The notes: generated from the letters alone by a model not told the origin. Positions 31,480-41,165 are shown, numbered from the stretch's first letter. The stretch: 64,000 nt of DNA from an uncultured Actinomycetes bacterium (GCA_963725665.1 CAVRZA010000011.1:416001-480000); one strand, 5' to 3'. A program made the numbers and translations.

Positions 31480-33129
31480 ATGAGACGGCTACTGAGATTC
31501 CTGTTCGGTGCTGCGCTGGGGGCGTCCGTCGCCATGCTCGCGACACCCAAGACCGGCCGCGAGCTGCGCGAGCAGCTCCTCGGCCCCGAAGCGCGCAAGC
31601 TGATGCCGGCGCGGCTGGCCGAGCTCATCGCGCCGCCCGAGGCGGGGCCCGCGTGGCCTGAGGAGCGCGTCGGCGAGGGCTACGAAGAACGTGTCTACGT
31701 CGCGCCTGTGGTCACGCCCGCTCCTCCCATCGAGGAGCCTGAGCTGGCCGCGTGGAGTGGAGATGCCGCGGAGACGGCGGTCGAGGAGGCGCCCGTCGAG
31801 GTCGTCGAGGCCGAGGGGCCGGCCGTCTTCGAAGAGGATCTGCGTGCGCGTATGGACGAGACCAAGGCGGCCATCGTCAGCGAGATCGACCGGCCGTTCG
31901 AGGCCGCACCGGGTGCGGTGGCGGCGGGGGTCGTAGCCGAAGAGGCCGTCGCCGAGGCCGAGGTCGCCGACGAGGTCGCCGAGGAGGCCGTCGCCGAGGC
32001 CGCCGTCGCTGAGGACGTCGCCGAAGAGGCTGTGGCGGAAGCCGTGCTGGCGGAGGACGTCGCCGAAGAGGCTGTGGCGGAAGCCGTGCTGGCGGAGGAC
32101 GTCGCCGAAGAGGCCGTCGTGGAAGCCGCCGTCGCTGAGGAAGTCGCCGATGAGGCCGTGGCGGAAGCCGTGGTGGCCGACGAGATCGCGGTCGACGAGG
32201 GTACCGCCGAGGCTGAGATGGTCGCTGAGGAGGCCGAAGCCGAAGCCGAAGAGGCCGTCGTGGAAGCCGCCGTCGCTGAGGAAGTCGCCCAAGAGGCTGT
32301 AGTGGAGGCCGTGGTGGCGGAGGAAGTCGCCGATGAGGCCGTGGCCGAAGCCGTGGTGGCCGACGAGGTCGCCGAGGAGGCCGTCGCCGAGGCCGAGGTC
32401 GCCGAGGACGTCGCCGAAGAGACCGTGACCGAGGCGGAGGAGAGCATCGGCGTGGCCGAGGAGGCCGTGTGGGCCGAAGCCGCCGAAGAGGCCGTCGCCG
32501 AAGAGGCCGTCACCGAAGAAGCGGTTGCGGAGGAGGCGCTCGCCACAGAGGAAGCGGCTGTGGAGCCGGCGGCCGCGGCAGAGGTCGACGAAGAGGCCGT
32601 GTCCGAGACGACTCCGATTGAGGAAGCCATAGCGTTTGGCGCTGCGGGCGCTGCACTGGCCGCTGAGGCGGCGATGGCAGAAGCCCCGGCCGCGGCCGAG
32701 CACGCGCCGTGGAGGATCACTGAGCCGGCCGTCGAGGAGACCGTCGCAGAGGCTGAGGAAGCGGCCGAACCCGTCGCCGAAGAGGCCACTGCTTACGAAC
32801 CCGCGGTCGAGGAGCCGGTCGCGGAAGAGCCGGTGGCGGAAGAGGCGCCGGCAGCGGTCGCCGAGGCTGAGGAAGTGGCCGAGCCGATTGCCGAGGAGGA
32901 GGAGGCGGGCGCAACCACAGGAGGCATCGATCAGGCCGAGATGAGGCGTCGCATCGAGGAGACGCGCGCGCGCCTCAAGGCCAAGGCGTTCGACGCCATG
33001 ATGAGCGGGGAGTCCGCGCTCCTCTCGCGCGACACCGGAGAGAAGCCGGTCCCGCGCGCCGCCGACGTAGATGTCGAGCCCGAGATATCGAGCAGCCTCG
33101 ACGAGTCGCTCTCGCAGGAAGACTACTGA
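31480..33129 (+). CDS. YtxH-domain protein with long Glu/Ala/Val repeat region
   Basis: FLFGAALGA..MLATPKTGRELRE; AAGGAGG RBS. Confidence 0.8.
   Translation: MRRLLRFLFGAALGASVAMLATPKTGRELREQLLGPEARKLMPARLAELIAPPEAGPAWPEERVGEGYEERVYVAPVVTPAPPIEEPELAAWSGDAAETAVEEAPVEVVEAEGPAVFEEDLRARMDETKAAIVSEIDRPFEAAPGAVAAGVVAEEAVAEAEVADEVAEEAVAEAAVAEDVAEEAVAEAVLAEDVAEEAVAEAVLAEDVAEEAVVEAAVAEEVADEAVAEAVVADEIAVDEGTAEAEMVAEEAEAEAEEAVVEAAVAEEVAQEAVVEAVVAEEVADEAVAEAVVADEVAEEAVAEAEVAEDVAEETVTEAEESIGVAEEAVWAEAAEEAVAEEAVTEEAVAEEALATEEAAVEPAAAAEVDEEAVSETTPIEEAIAFGAAGAALAAEAAMAEAPAAAEHAPWRITEPAVEETVAEAEEAAEPVAEEATAYEPAVEEPVAEEPVAEEAPAAVAEAEEVAEPIAEEEEAGATTGGIDQAEMRRRIEETRARLKAKAFDAMMSGESALLSRDTGEKPVPRAADVDVEPEISSSLDESLSQEDY
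31935..32430 (+). repeat. 42-bp (14-aa) tandem coding repeats EEAVAEAxxAEDVA
   Basis: About ten imperfect units; two adjacent copies near 32011-32094 are identical. Confidence 0.85.
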
Positions 33130-33148
33130 TCTTGATCTCCCCAGCATG

Positions 33149-33196
33149 AGGCGGGCGGGGCGGCCTTGACGGCCGCCCCGCCCGCCTTTGTCTTTG
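33149..33196 (+). terminator. Intrinsic terminator
   Basis: 17-bp stem AGGCGGGCGGGGCGGCC, loop TTGAC, T-rich tail. Confidence 0.85.
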
Positions 33197-33216
33197 CCGA
33201 GCCCGCCCGACCTTCG

Positions 33217-35004
33217 TCAGCCCTGGCGATCCCCGTTCGACGGCTGCACCGTGACCGTGATGGCCGCGACGCCCTCTTCGAGGCGGTCGACGGGCTCATC
33301 GGGCGGCGGCGGCTCCTCTTGCGGAGGAGCCGCCGCCGCCTCATGAGCGCGCAGCGCCCCGGCCAGCATGAACGCCGCGGCGAGCAGGGCCATCGACGCC
33401 ACTGCCACGGGGACCGGAACGGTCCCGTTCTCGAGCAGGACGAAGAGGTACCACCACGACGAGAGACCGAGGTGGAGCTGTGCCGCGTACACGATGAGCA
33501 CCGCGGCGAACGCGGCGAAGCCGAGGCAGACGGGCAAGAGCGAGCGCTGCCACGCGCCTGGCCGGGCCAGCGGCCACAGGACGGCTGCCGGAAGGAACAG
33601 GATGAGCGAGAAGGGGTTCACGAGGAACGTGACCAGACCGGCGGCGAGGAGTACCAGATGGGCGACCAACACGACGTCCTCGCGTGGGACGGCTGCGCGC
33701 CGCAGGTAGCGGCGGTCCGCCACGAGGGCGTAGCGGTAGGCGATCGCGGCGAGGATGAGAAGGACGACTACGGGCAGGAGGCGCGGGTGCTGGGCGGCCA
33801 TCGATTCTGGCGAGATGGCCGTCGCGTGCCCGCCCGGTAGAAGGCCGAGGAAGTTCGCCGCATAAGCGATGACGAGGAGCGCAAGCCAAGGTGCGTAGCG
33901 GAAGGCGAAGTGCGTCCAGGCCGGTCCCAGTGACGCCCTGCGCCGGCGCGCTTGCGCGAACAAGTCGATCGTCGTGGCCGCGAGCGGAAGCGCCAAGGCG
34001 AGCAGCGTGAGCACGACCAGCCTTCCCGACAGGGTGCGGTAGCGGGAGAAGAAGACCGTGGTGCCGCTCCGCGAGAGGGGCGAGGTCGAGGCGTCGATGC
34101 TGGCGAGCAGCGCTTGGCTGCCTCGCCCGACCCGGGCCAGCGTCTCCGCCGAGAGGGTCGAGACGATGTCGAGTTGCGCCGGCGGCCGGCGGCCGGCGCG
34201 AGTGATCGAGATCGCCGGCGCGCCGGCCTCGACGAACGGTGCCTGGCTGCCGGATCCCACGGGGGCCGCCAGGCGCAGCACTTGCACGAGCGCGTGGGGC
34301 AGGGGCGCCGCGAGACCGCTGGCGCTGCTCTGTGACGACGAGGTGAGGATCCATGTCCACGGCGGCGCCACGCGCGGCGAGGCGCTCCATCCGTCGAGCG
34401 AGACTTTGGTCAGATCGGCGCGACCGACGCGGCGCAGCGCCAGGGCTCCGATGATGGGGAGGCCGGTGTGACGGGCGACGAACGACTTGGCCCCGAGGTT
34501 GCCGTAGGCGTCGCCGTCGGTCCAGAGGAAGAGCAGCTCGTGGGCGTGCGTGGTCAGCGTAAAGACACGGGCCAGCTCGAGCACCGTGGCCACGCCGGAG
34601 GCGTTGTCGTCGGCTCCCTGGCTGTCCAGCGGCGGTGAGTCGCGGTTGGCCAGCACGACGATGTCCCCGCGTGTCTTGCCCGGTGAGGTCGCCCAGACGT
34701 TCTGCAGCGCCACGCTGCGTCCGTCGATGACCCCGGTGAAGGTGTTGATGTGCGGTTGCAGGCCGAGCTGCTTCAAGTGCTCGACGAGCCAGATGGCGGA
34801 GCGCGCGTCGGCGTCGGAGCCGGGCGTGCGGCCAGGAAACTGCTGCGCCAGCGTCTGCGCGTCGACGAGGGCGCGCTCGCCGTCGAACGAGGTGGGCTGA
34901 TCGGAGAGACTGGGCACGACGGGCGAGTGCAGAAAGAGGAGCGTGAGCAGTGCGACGACCGCCGGCACGATCCAAGCGCTCCTGTAGATCCTCAGGTTCG
35001 GCAC
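33217..35004 (-). CDS. M28-family peptidase-like membrane protein
   Basis: GADDNASGVA.VLELAR, LWTDGD; multiple C-terminal TM helices. Metal ligands appear partly degenerate. Confidence 0.75.
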   Translation of the reverse strand: MPNLRIYRSAWIVPAVVALLTLLFLHSPVVPSLSDQPTSFDGERALVDAQTLAQQFPGRTPGSDADARSAIWLVEHLKQLGLQPHINTFTGVIDGRSVALQNVWATSPGKTRGDIVVLANRDSPPLDSQGADDNASGVATVLELARVFTLTTHAHELLFLWTDGDAYGNLGAKSFVARHTGLPIIGALALRRVGRADLTKVSLDGWSASPRVAPPWTWILTSSSQSSASGLAAPLPHALVQVLRLAAPVGSGSQAPFVEAGAPAISITRAGRRPPAQLDIVSTLSAETLARVGRGSQALLASIDASTSPLSRSGTTVFFSRYRTLSGRLVVLTLLALALPLAATTIDLFAQARRRRASLGPAWTHFAFRYAPWLALLVIAYAANFLGLLPGGHATAISPESMAAQHPRLLPVVVLLILAAIAYRYALVADRRYLRRAAVPREDVVLVAHLVLLAAGLVTFLVNPFSLILFLPAAVLWPLARPGAWQRSLLPVCLGFAAFAAVLIVYAAQLHLGLSSWWYLFVLLENGTVPVPVAVASMALLAAAFMLAGALRAHEAAAAPPQEEPPPPDEPVDRLEEGVAAITVTVQPSNGDRQG

Positions 35005-35212
35005 GGCCCCCCTTCCTACTCAAACCCCACAGCGAGAGTCCCGAGCCTTGGCGCCGGAAGCAGGCGCGTTGCATCCTACCAGAAGCGGCCGCATCGACGG
35101 CACCTCGGGGCGCCGGGCGATCGTCCTGAGCGCCGCACGAGGTCGCCCCGGCACTGTTGCCCGGGTGCGCGTGCGTTTCGCGACGAAGGCCATCGTCTAT
35201 CATGGGATGGAG

Positions 35213-35902
35213 ATGACCACACGTGTTCTGCTCGTCGAAGACGAGGCCCGCATCGCCGAGGTCGTGCAGCAGTACCTCGAGCGCGAGGGCTACATGGTGG
35301 TGTGGCGGGCGACGGGCGAGGAGGCGTTGGCCGACCTCGCCCGTCGCCCGCCCGACGCCGTCATCCTCGACCTCGGTCTGCCCGGCATCCCCGGGGAGGA
35401 GGTGTGCCGCAGGGTGCGCGAGAGCTCGGACGTCCCCATCCTCATGCTGACGGCGCGCGACGCCGAAGAGGACCTCGTCGCCGGGCTGGCCCTGGGCGCC
35501 GACGACTACCTGACGAAGCCCTTCAGCCCGCGCGAACTCGTGGCGCGTCTGCGGGCGCTGCTGCGCCGCGCGCAGGGCGCGGCCGCGCCGCAGGCCGACG
35601 TGCTCGAGCGCGCCGGCGGACGTCTCGTGATCGACGCCCCCCGCCGGCGCGTGACCCTCGACGACCGCGTCGTGACGCTGACGGAGTCGGAGTACCTCCT
35701 GCTGACGACGCTGGCACGCTTCCCCGGCCGCGTGTACACGCGCTTCGAGCTCATCGACAAGGTGCGCGGCTACGACTTCGAGGGCTACGAGCGCACGATC
35801 GACGCGCACGTGAAGAACCTGCGCAAGAAGCTCGGCGACGATCCCCGCGCTCCCCGGCTGATCGAGACCGTGTTCGGGCGCGGCTACCGTTTTGCGGAGT
35901 GA
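35213..35902 (+). CDS. OmpR-family response regulator
   Basis: LLVEDE, LDLGLP, KPFSPREL, IETVFGRGY. Alternative start at 35207. Confidence 0.93.
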   Translation: MTTRVLLVEDEARIAEVVQQYLEREGYMVVWRATGEEALADLARRPPDAVILDLGLPGIPGEEVCRRVRESSDVPILMLTARDAEEDLVAGLALGADDYLTKPFSPRELVARLRALLRRAQGAAAPQADVLERAGGRLVIDAPRRRVTLDDRVVTLTESEYLLLTTLARFPGRVYTRFELIDKVRGYDFEGYERTIDAHVKNLRKKLGDDPRAPRLIETVFGRGYRFAE

Positions 35903-35926
35903 GGACCAGGCGGCCGTGAGCGTCTA

Positions 35927-37456
35927 TTGGGGACCGTTGTGAGATCGAGCCTCCGCTCCCGTCTCGCCCTGACGCATGCCGCGGTCGCGCTGGTGGCCAT
36001 CGTCGTCGTCGGCGTCACCGTCAACTTGGCCGTCTCACGCCGCTTCGACCAGTACGTGGCCGCGCAACAACGGTTGCGCGACCAAGCCGTGATCGAGCAG
36101 CTCGCGCAGACGTACGTGCCGGGGACGGGCTGGGACTCCCAGGCGATCTTCTCGGCCCAGCACCTGGCTGTGATGAACGACTTGGGCCTGCGCGTGTACG
36201 ACCCGTCGGGCAAGCTCCTGTTCGCCGTCGGCAGCGGCAACGGCATGATGGGCCAAGGGAGCCAGGGCGGCATGATGGGCCAGGGCGGCATGATGGGCCA
36301 GGGATCGAGTGCCCAGAGCGGGGCCGTAAGCGTCTACCGTCATCCGGTGGTGGTCAACGGGGCGACCGTGGCGCAGACCGAGGTCGTCCATCCTACCGGT
36401 GGCGTCGTGCCCCAGGATGCTGCCTACCGTCGCTCGCTCAACCTGTATCTCATCATCGCCGCTCTGATCGCGGGAGGCCTGGCGCTGGCGGTCAGCGTCC
36501 TCGTTTCGCGGCGAATCGCGCGCCCGGTGCTCGCTCTGACCGGCGCGGCTGCACAGCTCGAACGCGGCGACCTCGGCGTGCGCGTCCCGGCCGAGGGCGG
36601 CGACGAGGTCGCCGGTCTGGCTCACGCGTTCAACAGCATGGCGCAGGCGCTCTCGCGGCAGGAGGAGTGGCGGCGCACCATGACCGCCGACCTGGCTCAC
36701 GAGTTGCGCACGCCGCTGGCCACCATCCAGGCGAGGATCGAGGCGCTCGAGGACGGCGTGCTGCCGGCCACGCCCGAGAACCTCCGCGTGATCGGCGAGG
36801 AGGTCGAGCGGCTCGCGCGCCTGCTGGGCGAGCTCCGCAGCCTCAACGAAGTCGAGGCGGAGGGGTTCGTGCTGCGACGCGAGCCGCTCGACCTCGCCGA
36901 GGTAGCGCGCGACGCTGCGACGTCGGCCGACCCGGGCTTCGCGCGCAAGGGCGTGGAGCTGCGGGTCGCGGCGCAAGCGGTCGCGGTCGACGCCGACCGC
37001 GACCGCCTGCGCCAGGTGGTCGCCAACCTGCTCGACAACGCCCTGAAGTTCACGCCTGCGGGAGGCCACGTCGACCTGAGCGTCACGCCGGAGACTCCGC
37101 CGTCGCAGGGCCGGTCGGCGGTCGCGGGGGGCACGGTCGAACGGCGTGGCGACGGCGTCGCTGGGGGATACGCACTCCTCAGAGTGAGCGACGACGGTCC
37201 GGGCGTCGCGGCCGGCGATCTTCCGTACGTGTTCGAGCGCTTCTATCGTGCCGACGCGGCCAAGGGCACGCGCGGCGCCGGTCTCGGCCTCGCCATAGTC
37301 AAGCGGCTCGTCGACGCTCACGGCGGCACGGTCGAGGCCGCCGCCGGCGCCGCCGGCGGGGCCCTGTTCATCGTTCGCCTGCCGCTGCTCGCCGCGGCGG
37401 CGCCCGAACGGCTTGCCTCAGCGGTGGTGGGCTCCGAGGAGAGGACGGCAGGATGA
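35927..37456 (+). CDS. HAMP sensor histidine kinase with Met-rich GMMGQG repeats
   Basis: AHELRTPL, NLLDNALKF, FERFYRAD, GLGLAIV. Confidence 0.92.
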   Translation: MGTVVRSSLRSRLALTHAAVALVAIVVVGVTVNLAVSRRFDQYVAAQQRLRDQAVIEQLAQTYVPGTGWDSQAIFSAQHLAVMNDLGLRVYDPSGKLLFAVGSGNGMMGQGSQGGMMGQGGMMGQGSSAQSGAVSVYRHPVVVNGATVAQTEVVHPTGGVVPQDAAYRRSLNLYLIIAALIAGGLALAVSVLVSRRIARPVLALTGAAAQLERGDLGVRVPAEGGDEVAGLAHAFNSMAQALSRQEEWRRTMTADLAHELRTPLATIQARIEALEDGVLPATPENLRVIGEEVERLARLLGELRSLNEVEAEGFVLRREPLDLAEVARDAATSADPGFARKGVELRVAAQAVAVDADRDRLRQVVANLLDNALKFTPAGGHVDLSVTPETPPSQGRSAVAGGTVERRGDGVAGGYALLRVSDDGPGVAAGDLPYVFERFYRADAAKGTRGAGLGLAIVKRLVDAHGGTVEAAAGAAGGALFIVRLPLLAAAAPERLASAVVGSEERTAG

Positions 37457-38418
37457 ACGACGCTCCGACGTGGACCGGCGTGCTGCACGCCGGCATCCAC
37501 GGCTTCTTGCGCTCCCCGGTCGTTCGTCCCGACACGGGCGAGCTTGCGGCCGCGAAGGCCACCCATGCCGTCTACGGCATCCCCTTCGACAGCACCACCC
37601 TCTACCGGACGGGGTCGATGCACGGGCCCAAGGCGGTGCGCGACGCCTCGGCGCAGTTCGTCTCCTACCACTACGACTACGACCTCGACCTGGCGGAGCA
37701 CATCCGGCTGGTCGATTGCGGCGACGCCGCCGCCGTGCCGGGCAACGCGGCGCGCACTCTCGCCCTCGCGCAGGTTGACCTCGAACAGATCCACGCGGCG
37801 GGCGCGATGCCGATCGTCCTCGGCGGCGAGCACACGGTGACCATCGCGGCCACGCGCGCCTTGGCGGCTCAGCGCCGCGGCGCGCTGGGTCTGGTCGTCT
37901 TCGACACGCACCTCGACACGGCCACCGACATCGGCGGCGAGGAGCTCACCTACTGCGCTCCCGTGTCGCGGACGCTCGACCTCGACGCCTTCGCGCCGGG
38001 CAACGCCACCATAGTCGGCGTGCACGGGCCGGCCAACCCGCGCGAGGAGCGCCGCTGGGCCGATGAGCACGGCGTGCGCGTGTTCTCCATCGCCGAGATC
38101 GAACGACGCGGCATCGTGGATGTCACGCGGGAGGCCATGGCGATCGCCTGGAAGGGCACGGGCGGCGTCTACGTCTCGATCGACATCGACTGCCTCGACG
38201 CCGCCTACAACCCCGGCGGTGCTCCGGAGCCGGGCGGGCTCACCAGCCGCGAGCTGTTCGCCGCCTTGCGCGAGGTGGCCGCCGCCGGCTACAGCGCCTT
38301 CGACGTCGTCGAGGTGGCGCCCCAGTACGACCCCGCCGGGATCACGGCGACCACGGCCTGCCGAGTGATCCTCGACCTGCTCGCCGCGGCGGTCGCAGGC
38401 CGCGCCGGCTCACTCTGA
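37453..38418 (+). CDS. Agmatinase/ureohydrolase family protein
   Basis: GIPFD, GGEH, DTHLD, SIDIDCLD, PEPGGL, DVVEVAP; ATGA overlap with the kinase gene. Confidence 0.9.
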   Translation: MNDAPTWTGVLHAGIHGFLRSPVVRPDTGELAAAKATHAVYGIPFDSTTLYRTGSMHGPKAVRDASAQFVSYHYDYDLDLAEHIRLVDCGDAAAVPGNAARTLALAQVDLEQIHAAGAMPIVLGGEHTVTIAATRALAAQRRGALGLVVFDTHLDTATDIGGEELTYCAPVSRTLDLDAFAPGNATIVGVHGPANPREERRWADEHGVRVFSIAEIERRGIVDVTREAMAIAWKGTGGVYVSIDIDCLDAAYNPGGAPEPGGLTSRELFAALREVAAAGYSAFDVVEVAPQYDPAGITATTACRVILDLLAAAVAGRAGSL

Positions 38419-38448
38419 TCGGCGGGTACAGCCGAGCACCTGGATGTG

Positions 38449-38466
38449 GTAGCATCAATATGCTAC
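38449..38466 (+). promoter_or_regulatory. Palindromic TA operator overlapping a -10 (TAGCAT)
   Basis: GTAGCAT-caat-ATGCTAC inverted repeat upstream of the antitoxin. Confidence 0.65.
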
Positions 38467-38489
38467 AGCCCTGCTTCACGGGAGGAACC

Positions 38490-38717
38490 ATGACTCGCGA
38501 ACTGAAGCTCCGCCAGGCCGGAGGCTCGATCAGCGCGACGCTACCCAAGGACATGGCCGAGCGGCTCCACCTCTCAGCCGGCGACACGGTGCTGGCTGTG
38601 GAGACCGAGCGCGGCATCCTGCTGACGCCCTACGACCCTGAGGTCGAGGAGGCGCTGGCCATCGCCAGCAGGGTCGCGGGCGCATACCGCAACGCCCTGC
38701 GCGAGCTTGCCAAGTAG
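38490..38717 (+). CDS. AbrB/MazE-family antitoxin
   Basis: LRQAGGSISATLPK...L.AGD.V...GILLTPYDP; GGAGG RBS. Confidence 0.88.
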   Translation: MTRELKLRQAGGSISATLPKDMAERLHLSAGDTVLAVETERGILLTPYDPEVEEALAIASRVAGAYRNALRELAK

Positions 38718-38721
38718 CCGG

Positions 38722-39616
38722 TGTCGGAGCAGACGATTCAATCTTGACCCCTTTGTGACGATTCAAAGTTGACCCCCCTACGTCGCCGGCGTCGTGACGA
38801 TGCCGGCCTTCTTCCTGTCCTTCAGGCGGTAGCTCTCGCCCTTGATGGTGATCGTGGTCGAGTGATGCAGCAGGCGATCGAGGATCGCGGTGGCGATCAC
38901 CGCGTCGCCGGAGAACACCTCGGCCCATTCGCCGTAGCTCTTGTTGGAGGTGAGGACGATGGAGCCGCGCTCGTAGCGGCGGCAGACGACCTCGAAGAAG
39001 AGCGCCGCCTGCTCGGCGTCCAGGGGCAAGAAGCCGACCTCGTCGACGATCAGCAGGCGCGGGTAGGTGAAGGCGGCCAGACGGCGCGTGAAGGTGCCCG
39101 CGCTGCGTGCCTCGGCCAGCGAGGCGACAGCTTGGCCGCCGTCGTGAACTTGACGGCGTAGCGGCGCTTGGCGGCCTCCAGGCCCAGGGCGATGGCGATG
39201 TGGCTCTTGCCCACGCCCGGCGGGCCCGAGGAGCACCACGTTCTGGGCGCGCTCGACGAAGGCGCAGCTCGCGAGCTCGGTCACCTGCTTGCGGTTGATC
39301 GAGGGCTGGAAGGCGAAGTCGAAGCCCTCGAGGGTCTTCTTGGCGGGGAAGCCCGCCAGACGCACGATGGTCTCTGCAGCGCGCCGGTCGGCGGCCCCGG
39401 CGCAGGCTGCCAGCAGCGCCTCGGTGAAGTCGGCGAACGACCACTCCTTGGCGGCCGCCTCCTCGGCGAAGGCGGGCAGGAGCGCCGGCAGGTCGGGCAG
39501 CTTCAGGCGCTCGGCGAGGTGGCAGATCCTCTCCTCGGCGAGGCTCATCGGCAGGCCTCCTCGTAGACCGAGAGCGGCCGCTTGACGACGAGCGGCGCCT
39601 GCTCGAAGAGCGCGGG
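38722..39616 (-). mobile_element. Truncated IS21-family element (right end, istB, last ~24 codons of istA)
   Basis: TG-starting end with 20-bp subterminal repeats GACGATTCAA..TTGACCCC (38732, 38757); istB; istA tail VKRPLSVYEEA with ATGA overlap; no left end. Confidence 0.85.
38778..39548 (-). pseudogene. istB: IS21 helper ATPase IstB with two compensating frameshifts around Walker A
   Basis: FDFAFQP, LLIVDEVGF, TSNK, AILDRLLHH, GESYR. PGVGKSHIA is read in a shifted frame between about 39224 and 39128. Confidence 0.85.
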
Positions 39617-40021
39617 AGGGAGCCACGCTGGGTCGACCGCCTCGTCGTCGAGGCGGTGCAGTTCGACCTGATCCGCGAACACGGCGGCATGCCCGGGTTG
39701 GGCGACGAAAACGGCCTCGAGGCGGCTCTGGCACGGCCCCGGCAACGACGCGCCTACGAGCCTGAGGCCGATCTCGCTGAGCTGACCGCCGTGTACGGTC
39801 ACGGGTTGGCGGCAAGCCACCCGTTCCACGACGGAAACAAACGCATCGCGTTCGTGACCATGGCGGTCTTCCTTGGGTTGAACGGCTTCGAGGTCGCGGC
39901 GCCGGAGGCCGAGGTGGTCACGGTGATGCTGGCCCTGGCCGCCGGGGAGCTCGATGAGGATGGGCTTGCTGTCTGGCTCAGGTCGCGGATGATTGACGCG
40001 GCTGGTGGGGAGTCCGGCTAA
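39617..40021 (+). pseudogene. doc: Doc/Fic toxin lacking its original start codon (IS-interrupted)
   Basis: REPRWVDRLVVEAVQFDLIREHGG...HPFHDGNKR; separated from the antitoxin by the IS remnant. Confidence 0.85.
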
Positions 40022-40101
40022 CGACGGGGCTTTGAGCAGCGAGCGCTCACACCCGGTCTTGCTCAGGGCTTCTGCGAGTCTGCTCGAGCGCCTTGTCAGG
40101 C
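40016..40101 (-). mobile_element. Integron attC site 3 (somewhat degenerate)
   Basis: R'' GCCTGAC ... R' GTTAGCC; inner GAGCAG/CTGCTC pairing; 86 bp. Confidence 0.7.
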
Positions 40102-40590
40102 GCGTCCAGAGCAGACTCTTGCGGCGACCAGACCATGCTGCAGTAGGCGAAGGGATCGCCGGATGGCGGCACCTTCGTGCCTGTGCCGGTGATCACGAAG
40201 CCCAGACTCCGATGAGCACCCCAGGGCGCGCACATTGGATTGACGCACGTTCAGGCAAATGGAGTCGCCAGGAAACGCCTGGTGGAACTGAGCGATGCCG
40301 AGTCGAATCGCCGCACTGCCGATGCCGTGCCCGAAATCGGAAGCGCTGGCGAGGAACACGCCGAGCACAGCTCTACCTTCCCCCGAGAGACGTTCAATCC
40401 AGACGGTCCCGACCTCGCGACCATCCTCGATCACGAGGAACCAGAAGAGACCAGAGCTAGGATCGTGGTGATCGGCAAGGTCGGCGATGGGACGCGTCCG
40501 GGACATGAACTCACTGCTGCCGATATCCGAGGCCCAGCGATCAATCGTCGCGAGGTCCTCAGGTGAAACCGGCTGAAGCGAGATGGACAT
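40047..40590 (-). CDS. GNAT acetyltransferase gene cassette (+1 frameshift near 40215)
   Basis: FGHGIGS..I and NV..SN.RA..C(Y)RSLGF once one base is removed; C-terminus PDKALEQT reads into the attC. Confidence 0.8.
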
Positions 40591-40600
40591 CCTTGGAAAC

Positions 40601-40663
40601 CGCCAACGCCTGGCGCATGACCAGCGCCGCAAAGCGGCGTCTGGGTTCTTGCGCTTGTTGGGC
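40601..40663 (-). mobile_element. Integron attC site 2
   Basis: GCCCAAC aa GCGCAAGAACCCAG a CGCCGC ttt GCGGCG CTGGTCATGCGC caggc GTTGGCG; 63 bp. Confidence 0.85.
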
Positions 40664-40684
40664 GGCTGCGCCGCGGCTTGCACG

Positions 40685-41041
40685 CTATCCCGCGACGTGT
40701 TGCACGCCGTGCCGCGACGCGAGCTCGAAGAAGCGCTGCGCCTCCGCGGCGTCGCCGATCGCCTCGTATGCGCCGCCGAGGCTCACGAGCAGCGAACCCA
40801 TGAACTCAGTCGAGCGGCAGTCGAGACGGGCGCGCTCGAGCGCGATGATGTGCCAGCGCAGAGCCTCGTCGGGATCCGGCTCGAGATGAGCGACGTAGTG
40901 CGCGGCGATCGCCGCGTCGTAGTCATCGGCACGGGCATCCCATGCTGCCAAGAACAGGGCGTGGGCATCGCCGATCCGACGCTCAAGCTCGGCCTGGGTG
41001 CCCTGCATGCAGAGCTGTGCGGTGCGGCTATCGAGATTCAC
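40685..41041 (-). CDS. Hypothetical helical (TPR-like) cassette protein
   Basis: Single ORF between two attC sites; LVSLGGAYEAIGD..EA..FF..A pattern. Confidence 0.7.
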   Translation of the reverse strand: MNLDSRTAQLCMQGTQAELERRIGDAHALFLAAWDARADDYDAAIAAHYVAHLEPDPDEALRWHIIALERARLDCRSTEFMGSLLVSLGGAYEAIGDAAEAQRFFELASRHGVQHVAG

Positions 41042-41078
41042 GCGCCAACGCCCCCCTCAGTCCGGCGACTACCATTCC

Positions 41079-41165
41079 GCCCAACGCTGGGCGCGTAACC
41101 TGCGAGCGCCGCAGCCCCGCTTTGCCGCGACGCTCTGGCGAGTCAGGTTGACGCGCTTGTTGGGC
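41079..41165 (-). mobile_element. Integron attC site 1
   Basis: R'' GCCCAAC, L'' GCGCGT(C)AACCTG pairing with L' CAGGTTACGCGC leaving one extrahelical base, R' GTTGGGC; 87 bp. Confidence 0.9.

Noticed and set aside
31935-32430. CRISPR array
   Set aside because: Repeats are contiguous in-frame coding units with no unique spacers and no cas genes.
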